DNA from: an uncultured Sandarakinorhabdus sp.
GTDB taxonomy: Bacteria > Pseudomonadota > Alphaproteobacteria > Sphingomonadales > Sphingomonadaceae
Direction: 5' to 3'
DNA: 64,000 nucleotides
Assembly: GCA_964488775.1 (NCBI GenBank)
Contig: CAZAWH010000001.1
Location: 1,269-65,268 of the forward strand
This document shows, piece by piece, positions 18,075-26,167 of this stretch. Under the pieces are notes generated by a model. It was not told where the DNA came from, did not search any database, and was given only the letters and a program-made list of their open reading frames with translations. Numbering within the stretch: the first letter of the stretch is position 1; each line of letters opens with the position of its first letter. The position numbers and the translations under genes were made by a program.

Positions 18075-18805
18075 GACATGCTGGCCAGCACGAGATAGGC
18101 CATGCGCGCCCGCGCGGCGGCCAGCGCTGGATCGGCCGGCGGCATGGATCGGCCGGCGGGCGGCAGGCTGTTGCCGGCCGGCGGGCCACCGGCCTGACCG
18201 CCAAGATGGCGGTGGATGCGGCTGGCCACCAGACCATGGACCTCGGCCAGGCTGCGGGCGCTGCCGTCGCGGTGGTAGAAGGTGCTGCGGTTGGCGGCAG
18301 CGGCGGCGGGCAGCAGCGACGCGGCGGCCATGCCGGGGGCGGCGGCCATGGATTTCAGGAACTTGATGGCGCCGCCTGCCCCGAAGAAGGCAGCGAGATA
18401 CAGATCGCTGGCCTGGGCCGCGCGGCCCAGCGCGCCTTCCAGCCGGCTGGCATTGTCGCGGGTGAATTCGCCGGCCAGGCGCGCCGCCACCCCGGCATCG
18501 TGGCGCAATGACAGGATGGTCTGGCGCACGTCAGGCGATACCCCCTGGCGCAGCGCCTGCGTGGCCCAGCCCAGGCCATGTTTCTCGCCATGGCGCTGCA
18601 CCATGGCCAGCCAGGTGGCATCGGTGAACTGGAACAGGCCGCTGGCCGACGAGGTGCTGGCCCGCGCCGCCGGGTTCAGCCCGGATTCCGCCCGGGCATT
18701 GGCATAAAGATAGGCAAAATCGACGCCGGTGGCCGCAGCAGCCTGCTGCAGGGCGCCGATGATGCCGTGGCTGTTGGCCGGCGGGAACTGGATGGCCTGG
18801 GTCAT
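18071..18805 (-). CDS. Lytic transglycosylase (SLT domain), flagellum-associated
   Basis: ARAESGLNP and ASGLFQF motifs; lies in the flagellar operon; sigma54 site just upstream of ATG 18805. Confidence 0.82.
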   Translation of the reverse strand: MTQAIQFPPANSHGIIGALQQAAAATGVDFAYLYANARAESGLNPAARASTSSASGLFQFTDATWLAMVQRHGEKHGLGWATQALRQGVSPDVRQTILSLRHDAGVAARLAGEFTRDNASRLEGALGRAAQASDLYLAAFFGAGGAIKFLKSMAAAPGMAAASLLPAAAAANRSTFYHRDGSARSLAEVHGLVASRIHRHLGGQAGGPPAGNSLPPAGRSMPPADPALAAARARMAYLVLASMS

Positions 18806-18817
18806 GCCCGGCGTCCA

Positions 18818-18833
18818 AGCAAGGCGCATGCCA
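18818..18833 (-). promoter_or_regulatory. sigma54 -24/-12 promoter for SLT-flhA-fliA
   Basis: TGGCAT-GCGCC-TTGCT on the minus strand. Confidence 0.7.
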
Positions 18834-18839
18834 GTCGCA

Positions 18840-19160
18840 TCAGGCCCAGCGCCCGTCGCGGCCATAGACCAGGGGTTCGCGCGCCGGCAGCGGTGCCGGG
18901 CGCAGCGCCGCCAGCCGCCGTTCCACCTGCAGCAGCTTGGCCCGGCTTTTCAGCACGGCCTGGGCATTCAGATCCCGCGCCTGCTCCAGCAGCGGGCGTG
19001 GTGGCTGCGCCCCTTGCGCCACGGCGGCCTGCAGGGCGGCCAGCGCCGCCGTCTTTTCGGCGGTGGCCCGGGTGATGGCCTCAGGGTCTTCGGCCTCCAG
19101 CGCCGCCAATTCGGCGTGCATCGCCGTTACCAGCGCCTGGGCCAGATCGTCAGCCTTCAC
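18840..19160 (-). CDS. flgN: FlgN-like flagellar export chaperone
   Basis: Helical 106-aa ORF whose GTG overlaps the flgM stop; ends ..LVYGRDGRWA; flgA-flgM-flgN order. Confidence 0.6.
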   Translation of the reverse strand: MKADDLAQALVTAMHAELAALEAEDPEAITRATAEKTAALAALQAAVAQGAQPPRPLLEQARDLNAQAVLKSRAKLLQVERRLAALRPAPLPAREPLVYGRDGRWA

Positions 19161-19447
19161 GGCCGGCCCCGCTCCAGCCGCAGCATGGCACTGGCAATGG
19201 CATCGGGATCGACCGGATAGCGCCCGCCCTGAATGGCGGCGCGCAGTTCGGCCACCCGGGCCTGGTTCACCGGCGGTGCGCTGGCCAGTTCGGCGACCAG
19301 CTGGCCTGCGCCGCTGCGCGCGGTGGCGCCCAGCCGGGCAACGGGGCGCGCCGGTTCCGTGCTGTCGGGCGCGGGGGTAGCCGGGGTGCGGCCGGCAAGC
19401 GGCCCGCGGACCGGGCCGCCGCCACCGGAAATGCCATCGATCATCAT
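19157..19447 (-). CDS. flgM: Anti-sigma28 factor FlgM
   Basis: C-terminal ARVAELRAAIQGGRYPVDPDAIA matches the FlgM signature. Confidence 0.88.
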   Translation of the reverse strand: MMIDGISGGGGPVRGPLAGRTPATPAPDSTEPARPVARLGATARSGAGQLVAELASAPPVNQARVAELRAAIQGGRYPVDPDAIASAMLRLERGRP

Positions 19448-19483
19448 CTTGTCCTTTCCGCCCGCAGCTGGCGGGCAACGCCG

Positions 19484-19510
19484 TTAACGGCCGTTCACCA
19501 TGCCGCTTTA
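19484..19510 (-). promoter_or_regulatory. sigma28 promoter upstream of flgM
   Basis: TAAA-N15-GCCGTTAA compared with consensus TAAA-N15-GCCGATAA. Confidence 0.75.
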
Positions 19511-19511
19511 A

Positions 19512-20003
19512 TCAGCGCGGAATCACCACCCGGCCGCCATCCTCGATGCGGCCCACAAGGCGGCGGCCGGCAGGCGTCTTCAGCGCGATGCGGGTGCCAT
19601 CGGCGTCCCGCTCGGCCTCGGCCTCCAGGGTGACGGCAAAGCCGGCGCCGCTGGCCTCCACCATCACGCGGTCACCGCGGCGGATGGCCGGCCGGGCGGG
19701 CGCGGCGCGGGCCGGGATGGTGCCGGCGGCCTGATCGATCGGCACGTACAGGCTCCACGCCGGGTTGGCGCAATCCACCCGCACCACATCGGCGCGGGCC
19801 CAGCTGAAACCCGGATCGGCGCAGCGCGGCACCACCAGGTTGGGATCAAGCCGCGCCGGCGCGCCGGCAAATTGGGTCACCCGTGCGCGCAGCTGGGCCA
19901 CATCGTGCAGCGCCGGCTGGGCCGGGCCAGGCGCCGCCCACAGCAGGGCGATGCCGCCGGCCACCAGGGCGGCCACATGCCGCCATTTAAGCAATTCGTG
20001 CAT
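19512..20003 (-). CDS. flgA: Flagellar P-ring chaperone FlgA (short)
   Basis: Signal peptide, two Cys, C-terminal AIRRGDRVMVEASGAGFAVT; diverges from flgB. Confidence 0.75.
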   Translation of the reverse strand: MHELLKWRHVAALVAGGIALLWAAPGPAQPALHDVAQLRARVTQFAGAPARLDPNLVVPRCADPGFSWARADVVRVDCANPAWSLYVPIDQAAGTIPARAAPARPAIRRGDRVMVEASGAGFAVTLEAEAERDADGTRIALKTPAGRRLVGRIEDGGRVVIPR

Positions 20004-20062
20004 CGGCCGTTGTTCCTGATGCTGAGCCGCCCCATTGCGACCCCCTTTGCACCCCGGCAGCC

Positions 20063-20078
20063 AGCAAGAAGCGCGCCA
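20063..20078 (-). promoter_or_regulatory. sigma54 promoter for flgA
   Basis: TGGCGC-GCTTC-TTGCT on the minus strand. Confidence 0.65.
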
Positions 20079-20123
20079 ACAGCCGTCCCCCCCGGGCTGG
20101 CGCGCTCCCGACGGCCCGGTGCC

Positions 20124-20159
20124 GGCAAGCCCTTGCCCATCCTGCGGCAAGCCATTGCC
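20124..20159. promoter_or_regulatory. Tandem palindromic sites, candidate enhancer (UAS) for a sigma54 activator
   Basis: GGCAA-gccc-TTGCC (20124-20137) and GGCAA-gcca-TTGCC (20146-20159), 22 bp apart, between divergent sigma54 promoters. Confidence 0.65.
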
Positions 20160-20203
20160 GGCCCGGGCCGCCCCATCATGGTCAGCGCCCGAGGCGGCGC
20201 AGT

Positions 20204-20219
20204 TGGCACGGCGGTTGCA
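20204..20219 (+). promoter_or_regulatory. sigma54 promoter for the flgB operon
   Basis: TGGCAC-GGCGG-TTGCA, a perfect -24/-12 consensus. Confidence 0.85.
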
Positions 20220-20230
20220 TTGCGGCGGCC

Positions 20231-20620
20231 ATGACCGTGCCAGCCGCCTCGCCCAGCCTGCTCGACAACGCCCTTGGCCTGTCGGCCACCGCCCTGCGCC
20301 TGCGCGCCCAGCGGCTGGACGTGATCGCCAGCAACATCGCCAACGCCTCCACCCCCGGATACAAGGCCCGCGATCTGGATGCCGATGCCGTGCTGCGCGG
20401 CGTGGATCAGGCCGGGCGGGCCGGCTTTGCCGGGCAGCTCGCATCGGCGCGGCTGCAGTATCGCGCGCCGCTGTTGCCCAGCCTGGATGGCAACACGGTC
20501 GAAATGGCCACCGAACAGGCGGCCTTTGCCGAAAACGCCATGAAATATCGCGCCAGCCTGGAATTTCTGGGCGCCCGCGTCGGCTCGATCATGGCGGCCC
20601 TGAAGGGCGGGGAAGGATGA
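20231..20620 (+). CDS. flgB: Flagellar basal-body rod protein FlgB
   Basis: IASNIANASTPGYKARDL and SLDGNTVE motifs. Confidence 0.93.
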   Translation: MTVPAASPSLLDNALGLSATALRLRAQRLDVIASNIANASTPGYKARDLDADAVLRGVDQAGRAGFAGQLASARLQYRAPLLPSLDGNTVEMATEQAAFAENAMKYRASLEFLGARVGSIMAALKGGEG

Positions 20621-21015
20621 AGCCGGGCCTGAACAGCTTTGACATCAGCGGCCGCGCGATGGCGGCCCAGCTGGTGCGCATGAACGCCATCGCATCCAAC
20701 CTGGCCAATGCCGGCAGCATCGCCGGCAGCGAGGCCGGGGCCTATCGCGCCCTGCGGCCGGTGTTTGCCACCCATTATCAGGGCCAGACCGCCACGGTGG
20801 ATGTGGCCAGCATGGCCCGCACCGGCACACCGCAAAAGAAGCTGGATCCGGATCACCCGCTGGCCGATGCCACCGGCCATGTGTGGCAGGCCGCCGTCGA
20901 TCCCAATCAGGAGATGGTGGAAATGGTGGAAACCGCCCGCGCTTATGCCAACAATGTCGAGGTGCTGGCCACCGCCCGCAGCCTTGCCATCGACACGCTG
21001 AGGATCGGCAAGTGA
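20617..21015 (+). CDS. flgC: Flagellar basal-body rod protein FlgC
   Basis: ATG overlaps the flgB stop; RMNAIASNLANA, DPDHPLAD and EMVEMVETARAY motifs. Confidence 0.93.
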   Translation: MKPGLNSFDISGRAMAAQLVRMNAIASNLANAGSIAGSEAGAYRALRPVFATHYQGQTATVDVASMARTGTPQKKLDPDHPLADATGHVWQAAVDPNQEMVEMVETARAYANNVEVLATARSLAIDTLRIGK

Positions 21016-21290
21016 GCCGGGTGGATGGCCTGCCGGCCGGCATTCCCGCCGCCCCGGCCGCGCCACAGCGCAGCCCCAAGGCCACGCTGGACCAGGCGGA
21101 TTTCCTCGCCCTGCTGACGGCGCAGCTGAAAAACCAGGACCCGACCAAGCCGGTCGATAACCTCGAATATGTGCAGCAGATGGCGATGTTCAGCCAGCTG
21201 GCCGGCACCACCGAAACCAACGCCAAACTGGCCGGCATTTCCGAGCGGCTGGACCAGTTGATCGCGCGCTTTCCCAACCAGGAGCAATGA
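21012..21290 (+). CDS. flgD: Flagellar hook-cap protein FlgD (N-terminal domain only)
   Basis: DFLALLTAQLKNQDPTKP...QMAMFSQL; only 92 aa. Confidence 0.85.
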   Translation: MSRVDGLPAGIPAAPAAPQRSPKATLDQADFLALLTAQLKNQDPTKPVDNLEYVQQMAMFSQLAGTTETNAKLAGISERLDQLIARFPNQEQ

Positions 21291-21293
21291 GCC

Positions 21294-22589
21294 ATGGCCT
21301 TTTACACCGCGATGACCGGTCTTGCCGGGGCGCAGACCGAAATGTCCACCATTGCCAACAACATCGCCAACGTGGGCACCACCGGGTTCAAGCGCAGCCG
21401 CGTGGCCTTTGGCGACATCATCTCGCTGTCGCCGCTGTCGAACCCCAATCGGGTGGTGGGATCGGGCACCACAGTGCGCGCCATCGCCCAGCAGTTCAGC
21501 CAGGGGCCCACCGAAACCTCCACCTCCGCCCTTGATCTCACCATCGGCGGCCAGGGCTTTTTCGTGGTCAAATCGGGCGCCGGCGGGGTGCAGACGCATT
21601 TCACCCGCAACGGCAGCTTTGGCGTGACGGCCGACCGTTTCATCGTCGACAACCAGGGCCGGCGCTTGCAATTGTTCCCCACCACCACCGATGGCGCGGT
21701 GCAGGCCACTGGCCTGTCCTCCACCGTGTCGGCGCGCCTGCCTCTGAGTTCGGGCACCCCCCAGCCCACCAGCACGGTGCGGATTTCCGCCAACCTGCCG
21801 GCCGATGCCCAGATCATTGCCAACCGGCCGATCTATACCCCCACCAACCCCTATGTGTTCGATCGCAATGATCCCACCACCTACAATGCCAGCACGTCGA
21901 CCACGGTGTTCGACAGCCTGGGCAACCCGCTGGCCGCCACCATTTATTATGTGAAGGACAGCGTGCCCACCGTGGCCGATCCGGTGCACCGCTGGACGGC
22001 GCGGGTGTTCGTGGGCGACACCGAACTGAACGTGGGCGGCACGCCCGGTCTGCCGATGGAATTCGATGGCAATGGCGCGCTGGTCAACCCCACCGCCCCC
22101 TTTGCCTTTGATGGCTTTGTGCCGCCCACCGGCGGGGGCAACATCGCGCTGGCGATCGATCATGGCGGCGCCACCGTGCAGCAGGCCGGACCGTTCACCG
22201 TGGCCCTGATCGAACAGGACGGGATTCCCGCCGGCCAGCTGGAAAGCGTGTCGATCGACACCGAAGGCCTGTTGAAGGCAAGTTTTTCCAATGGCGAGGT
22301 GCAGACGCTGGGCAAGGTGGCACTGGCCAATTTTTCCAACCCGGGCGGGCTGAAGCAGACCGGCGACGCCAGCTGGGTGGTGACCCCGCAATCGGGCGAG
22401 CCCATCACCGGCGAGGCCGGGCGCAACGGCATCGGCACCATATTGTCGGGCAATCTGGAACGATCCAACGTCGATCTGACCACCGAACTGGTCAACCTGA
22501 TCGCAGCGCAGCGCAATTTCCAGGCCAGCGCCAAATCGATCGAGACCGACAACCAGTTGATGCAGACCATCATCAACATGCGCGGTTGA
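21294..22589 (+). CDS. flgE: Flagellar hook protein FlgE
   Basis: IANNIANVGTTGFK, FTRNGSF and LERSNVDLTTELVNLI motifs. Confidence 0.94.
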   Translation: MAFYTAMTGLAGAQTEMSTIANNIANVGTTGFKRSRVAFGDIISLSPLSNPNRVVGSGTTVRAIAQQFSQGPTETSTSALDLTIGGQGFFVVKSGAGGVQTHFTRNGSFGVTADRFIVDNQGRRLQLFPTTTDGAVQATGLSSTVSARLPLSSGTPQPTSTVRISANLPADAQIIANRPIYTPTNPYVFDRNDPTTYNASTSTTVFDSLGNPLAATIYYVKDSVPTVADPVHRWTARVFVGDTELNVGGTPGLPMEFDGNGALVNPTAPFAFDGFVPPTGGGNIALAIDHGGATVQQAGPFTVALIEQDGIPAGQLESVSIDTEGLLKASFSNGEVQTLGKVALANFSNPGGLKQTGDASWVVTPQSGEPITGEAGRNGIGTILSGNLERSNVDLTTELVNLIAAQRNFQASAKSIETDNQLMQTIINMRG

Positions 22590-22619
22590 TGAAGGGTTGA
22601 ACCATCCGGTTGCCTGGCC

Positions 22620-23378
22620 ATGGACCGTCTGATCTACACCGCCCTCACCGGCCTGTCGGCCCGGGCCCGCGAAAGCGTGGTGACGGCCAACAACCTGGCC
22701 AACGCCCAGGTGCCGGGCTTTCGCCGCGATGTGGTGGCGCAGGAAGGCCGCTATCTGGCGGCGCGGGCGGCAGCAGACGGGGCCTGGGGCGCCCGGGCGC
22801 AGGTGGGCGCGCCCAGCCTCGCCACCCCGCAGCAACCGGGCAAGGTGGCCGCCACCGGCCGGGAACTGGATATCGCTCTGTCGGGCCGGCACTGGCTGGC
22901 GGTGCAGGGCCCGGTGATCGGCGGCAGTGTGCGCGAAGGGTACAGCCGGCGCGGCGATCTGGCGGTGAACGGCGCCGGGGTGCTCGCCAACGGTGATGGC
23001 CGCGTCGTGCTGAACAGCAATGGCGCGCCGATTTCGGTGCCGCCGGGCAGCGCGGTCAGCATCGGCCGCGATGGCACGGTGTCGGTGGCCGGGCCCGAAG
23101 GCCCGCAGATCCTGGGCAAGCTCAAGCTGGTGGACGGCAGCAGCCTGGCCAGCCGGGACAAGGCCGGCGACGGCCTGTTCCTGCCCGAAGAGCCGTTGCC
23201 GGCCGATCCGGCCGCCCTGGTGGAAACCGGCGCGCTGGAAAGCGCCAATCTCACCGCGGCCGAAGCGCTGGTGCAACTGGTGGAGGAACAGCGCGGGTTC
23301 GAGGTGAATGCCCGGCTGATCAAGCTGGCGCAGGACATGGATGAACAGGGGGCCCGCCTGATGGGCCCCAACGGATAA
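22620..23378 (+). CDS. flgF: Flagellar rod protein FlgF
   Basis: MDRLIYTA, ANNLANA..PGFR and GALESAN motifs. Confidence 0.9.
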   Translation: MDRLIYTALTGLSARARESVVTANNLANAQVPGFRRDVVAQEGRYLAARAAADGAWGARAQVGAPSLATPQQPGKVAATGRELDIALSGRHWLAVQGPVIGGSVREGYSRRGDLAVNGAGVLANGDGRVVLNSNGAPISVPPGSAVSIGRDGTVSVAGPEGPQILGKLKLVDGSSLASRDKAGDGLFLPEEPLPADPAALVETGALESANLTAAEALVQLVEEQRGFEVNARLIKLAQDMDEQGARLMGPNG

Positions 23379-23390
23379 GGAGCCAGACGG

Positions 23391-24176
23391 ATGACGACGG
23401 CCTTGCAGATCGCCCGGTCGGGGCTGGATGCGCTTGATCACCGGATGAAGACGATTTCCAACAATCTGGCCAATGTCTCCACCACCGGTTTCAAGCGCGA
23501 CCGCGCCAATTTTGCCGCCCTTATGTATCAGGATGATCGCAACCCCGGTGCCGCCAGCGGGGCAGACACCCAATATGCCACCGGCCTTGGCACCGGCACC
23601 GGGGTGCGCATCGCCGGCACGGAGCGGATCCACACCCAAGGCAACATGATCACCACCGACAATGCGCTGGACCTGGCCATTGATGGTGCCGGCTTTTTCG
23701 CCGTGCAATTGGCCGACGGCACGGTGGGGTACACCCGCGATGGCGGCTTCAAGCTTTCGGCCACCGGGGAAATTGTCACGGCTTCGGGCCAGCGTCTGGC
23801 CCAGCCGCTGGTGATCCCGGATGGCGCCAGCCAGGTGGTGATCTCCCCCGATGGCATCGTGACGGCCAGCCTGCCCGGCCAGGCTGCGCCGGTGGAGGTG
23901 GGCCAGTTGCAGCTGACGCGCTTTCTCAACCCGTCGGGCCTGATGCCGATTGGCGACAATCTCTATCGCGAAACCGCCGGGTCGGGCCCGCCCACCCTGG
24001 GGGTCGCCGGGCAGGCCGGCATGGGCCAGATCAGGCAGGGCATGCTGGAAGGATCGAACGTGTCGACCGTGCAGGAACTGGTCGACATGATCGAAACGCA
24101 GCGCGCCTATGAAATCAACGCCAAGGTGATCAACGCGGCCGATGAAATGGGCCGTTATGTGGTGCAGAATGTCTGA
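23391..24176 (+). CDS. flgG: Flagellar distal rod protein FlgG
   Basis: ISNNLANVSTTGFKR, YTRDG and LEGSNV..VQELVDMIETQRAYE motifs. Confidence 0.95.
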   Translation: MTTALQIARSGLDALDHRMKTISNNLANVSTTGFKRDRANFAALMYQDDRNPGAASGADTQYATGLGTGTGVRIAGTERIHTQGNMITTDNALDLAIDGAGFFAVQLADGTVGYTRDGGFKLSATGEIVTASGQRLAQPLVIPDGASQVVISPDGIVTASLPGQAAPVEVGQLQLTRFLNPSGLMPIGDNLYRETAGSGPPTLGVAGQAGMGQIRQGMLEGSNVSTVQELVDMIETQRAYEINAKVINAADEMGRYVVQNV

Positions 24177-24789
24177 CCTGGCGCTGATGATCCTGGCGGC
24201 GCGACTGGCGGTGATCACCCCCACCCTGCCCCCCGCCATCCCGGCGCCCGAACCGCCGACGGGCAGCCTCTACAGCCCGCATCATTTCGTCGGCCTTGTC
24301 ACCGACCGCCGGGCGCGCCGGGTGGGCGATCTTGTCACCATCCGGTTGATCGAGCGCACCAGCGCCTCCAAATCGGCGAGCGCCGATTCCAGCCGCGAAA
24401 GCGACAACAGCTTCCGCCTGCCGCAATTCTTCCCGTTCAGCCGGGTGCCGCAACAGGCGTTGCAGGCCGGCAGCAACCAGGGCTTCAGCGGCGCCGGCAG
24501 CGCCGAGCAGCGCAACGAGCTGTTGGGCGAAATCACCGTGACCGTGGCCGAGGTGCTGCCCGGCGGCGTGCTGCGCATTGCCGGGGAAAAGCGCCTGATG
24601 CTGAACCGCGGCGAGGAACATCTGCAACTGACCGGCTATATCCGCGCCGAGGATCTGGGCTTTGACAACAGCGTGCCATCCACCCGCGTTGCCGATGCCC
24701 GCATCCGCTTTGGCGGCACCGGCCAGGTGGCGGACAACAGCCGCCAGGGCTGGCTGGCGCGCTTTTTCGCGAAGATTGCGCCCTTCTGA
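24169..24789 (+). CDS. flgH: Flagellar L-ring protein FlgH
   Basis: DRRARRVGDLVTI, GEKRLMLNRG and STRVADARI motifs, C-terminal GWLARFF. No lipobox Cys. Confidence 0.9.
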   Translation: MSDLALMILAARLAVITPTLPPAIPAPEPPTGSLYSPHHFVGLVTDRRARRVGDLVTIRLIERTSASKSASADSSRESDNSFRLPQFFPFSRVPQQALQAGSNQGFSGAGSAEQRNELLGEITVTVAEVLPGGVLRIAGEKRLMLNRGEEHLQLTGYIRAEDLGFDNSVPSTRVADARIRFGGTGQVADNSRQGWLARFFAKIAPF

Positions 24790-25886
24790 TGCGCGCCTGG
24801 CTGGCCCCGATCGTCCTGACAATGCTGCTGTCGGCTGCCCCCCTCACGGCCGAGCGGGTGAAGGACATAGCCCGCTTTGCCGGTGTGCGCGCCAACGCGT
24901 TGACCGGATATGGCATCGTCGTCGGCCTGACCGGCAGCGGCGACCAGAATCTGGAACTCACCATCCAGTCGCTGAAATCGGCTGCCAACCGGCTGGGGGT
25001 GCAATTGCCGCCCGGCGTCAACCCGCAGCTGCGCAACGCGGCGGCCGTGATGGTGACGGCCGAATTGCCGGCCTTTGCCAAGCCGGGCCAGCGGCTGGAC
25101 GTGACGGTGGCCGCCCTCGGCCAGGCCAAATCGCTGCGCGGCGGCACCTTGCTGCTCACCGCGCTGCAAGGGCCGGATGGGGAAATCTATGCACTGGCGC
25201 AAGGCAGCCTGGCGGTGGGCGGCTTTGGCGCCGAGGGGCGCGACGGCAGCCGCATCGTGGCCGGCACGCCGACCAGCGGCCGGGTGCCGGCCGGCGCCAT
25301 TGTGGAACGCATCGTTCCCTCCCCCTTTGCCGAAAAGGGCCCGATGTATCTGGATTTGAATGAACCGGATTTTTCCGCCGCCAGCGCCGTGGTGGCGGCG
25401 ATCAACCGGCAATACAACGGGATCGTGGCCCAGGCCGAAGACGGCGTGCGGGTGCGCTTGAACGCACCGGACCAACCGGAACGCCGCATCGCGCTGGCCG
25501 CGCAGGTGGAGGCACTGGATGTGGTGCTGGCGCCGCCGCCGGCCAAGGTGATCGTCAACGCCCGCACGGGCACGGTGGTGATTTCGGGCGAGGTGCGCAT
25601 CCTGCCGGCCGCCGTGGCCCATGGCAGCCTGGTGGTGCGGGTGACCGAAAACCAGCAGGCCAGCCAGCCCAATCCCTTTGGGCGCGGGCAGACCGCCATC
25701 ACCCAGCAATCCAGCGTGGATGCCGGCGAAACCCCGGCGCGCATGAACCTGTTTGCGCCGGGAGCGCGGCTGACGGAGATCGTTGACGCGGTGAACGCGC
25801 TGGGCGCCGCGCCCGGTGATCTGGTGGCGATCCTGGAGGCATTGAAGGCGGCTGGCGCACTGCGGGCCGAGCTGGTGGTGATCTGA
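24789..25886 (+). CDS. flgI: Flagellar P-ring protein FlgI
   Basis: RVKDIA..GVRAN.L.GYG.VVGL, AKSLRGGTLL and AILEALKAAGAL motifs. Confidence 0.95.
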   Translation: MRAWLAPIVLTMLLSAAPLTAERVKDIARFAGVRANALTGYGIVVGLTGSGDQNLELTIQSLKSAANRLGVQLPPGVNPQLRNAAAVMVTAELPAFAKPGQRLDVTVAALGQAKSLRGGTLLLTALQGPDGEIYALAQGSLAVGGFGAEGRDGSRIVAGTPTSGRVPAGAIVERIVPSPFAEKGPMYLDLNEPDFSAASAVVAAINRQYNGIVAQAEDGVRVRLNAPDQPERRIALAAQVEALDVVLAPPPAKVIVNARTGTVVISGEVRILPAAVAHGSLVVRVTENQQASQPNPFGRGQTAITQQSSVDAGETPARMNLFAPGARLTEIVDAVNALGAAPGDLVAILEALKAAGALRAELVVI

Positions 25887-26167
25887 TGCAGCTGCACCCC
25901 CCGGCCTTCACCCTGCCCACCGGCCGGCTGGCGCCCGAACGCGAGGCAAAGGCGCGCGACCGCGCCGCCAGCGATTTCGAGGCGCTGCTGGTCACCCGCC
26001 TGCTGAAAACCGCGCGCGCGGCCCGGCTGGGCGATGATCTGATGGGCGGCAATGACCAGATCCGCGATCTGATCGATGACCAGCAGGGCCGCATCATTGC
26101 AAACGCGGCCCCACTGGGCCTGGCGCAACTGCTGGCCAAAGCCGGTTCCGGGGGAGAGCGGCCATGA
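25886..26167 (+). CDS. flgJ: FlgJ-like rod-binding protein without muramidase domain
   Basis: AASDFEALLV..LLKTAR and PLGLAQLL motifs; lies between flgI and flgK. Confidence 0.75.
   Translation: MQLHPPAFTLPTGRLAPEREAKARDRAASDFEALLVTRLLKTARAARLGDDLMGGNDQIRDLIDDQQGRIIANAAPLGLAQLLAKAGSGGERP

Noticed and set aside
20943..24239. 1098-aa minus-strand ORF, and similar long ORFs such as 60004..62901, 16104..18098 and 10468..12177
   Set aside because: Antisense to well-supported genes; stop-free shadow frames are expected at this GC content and show no motifs.
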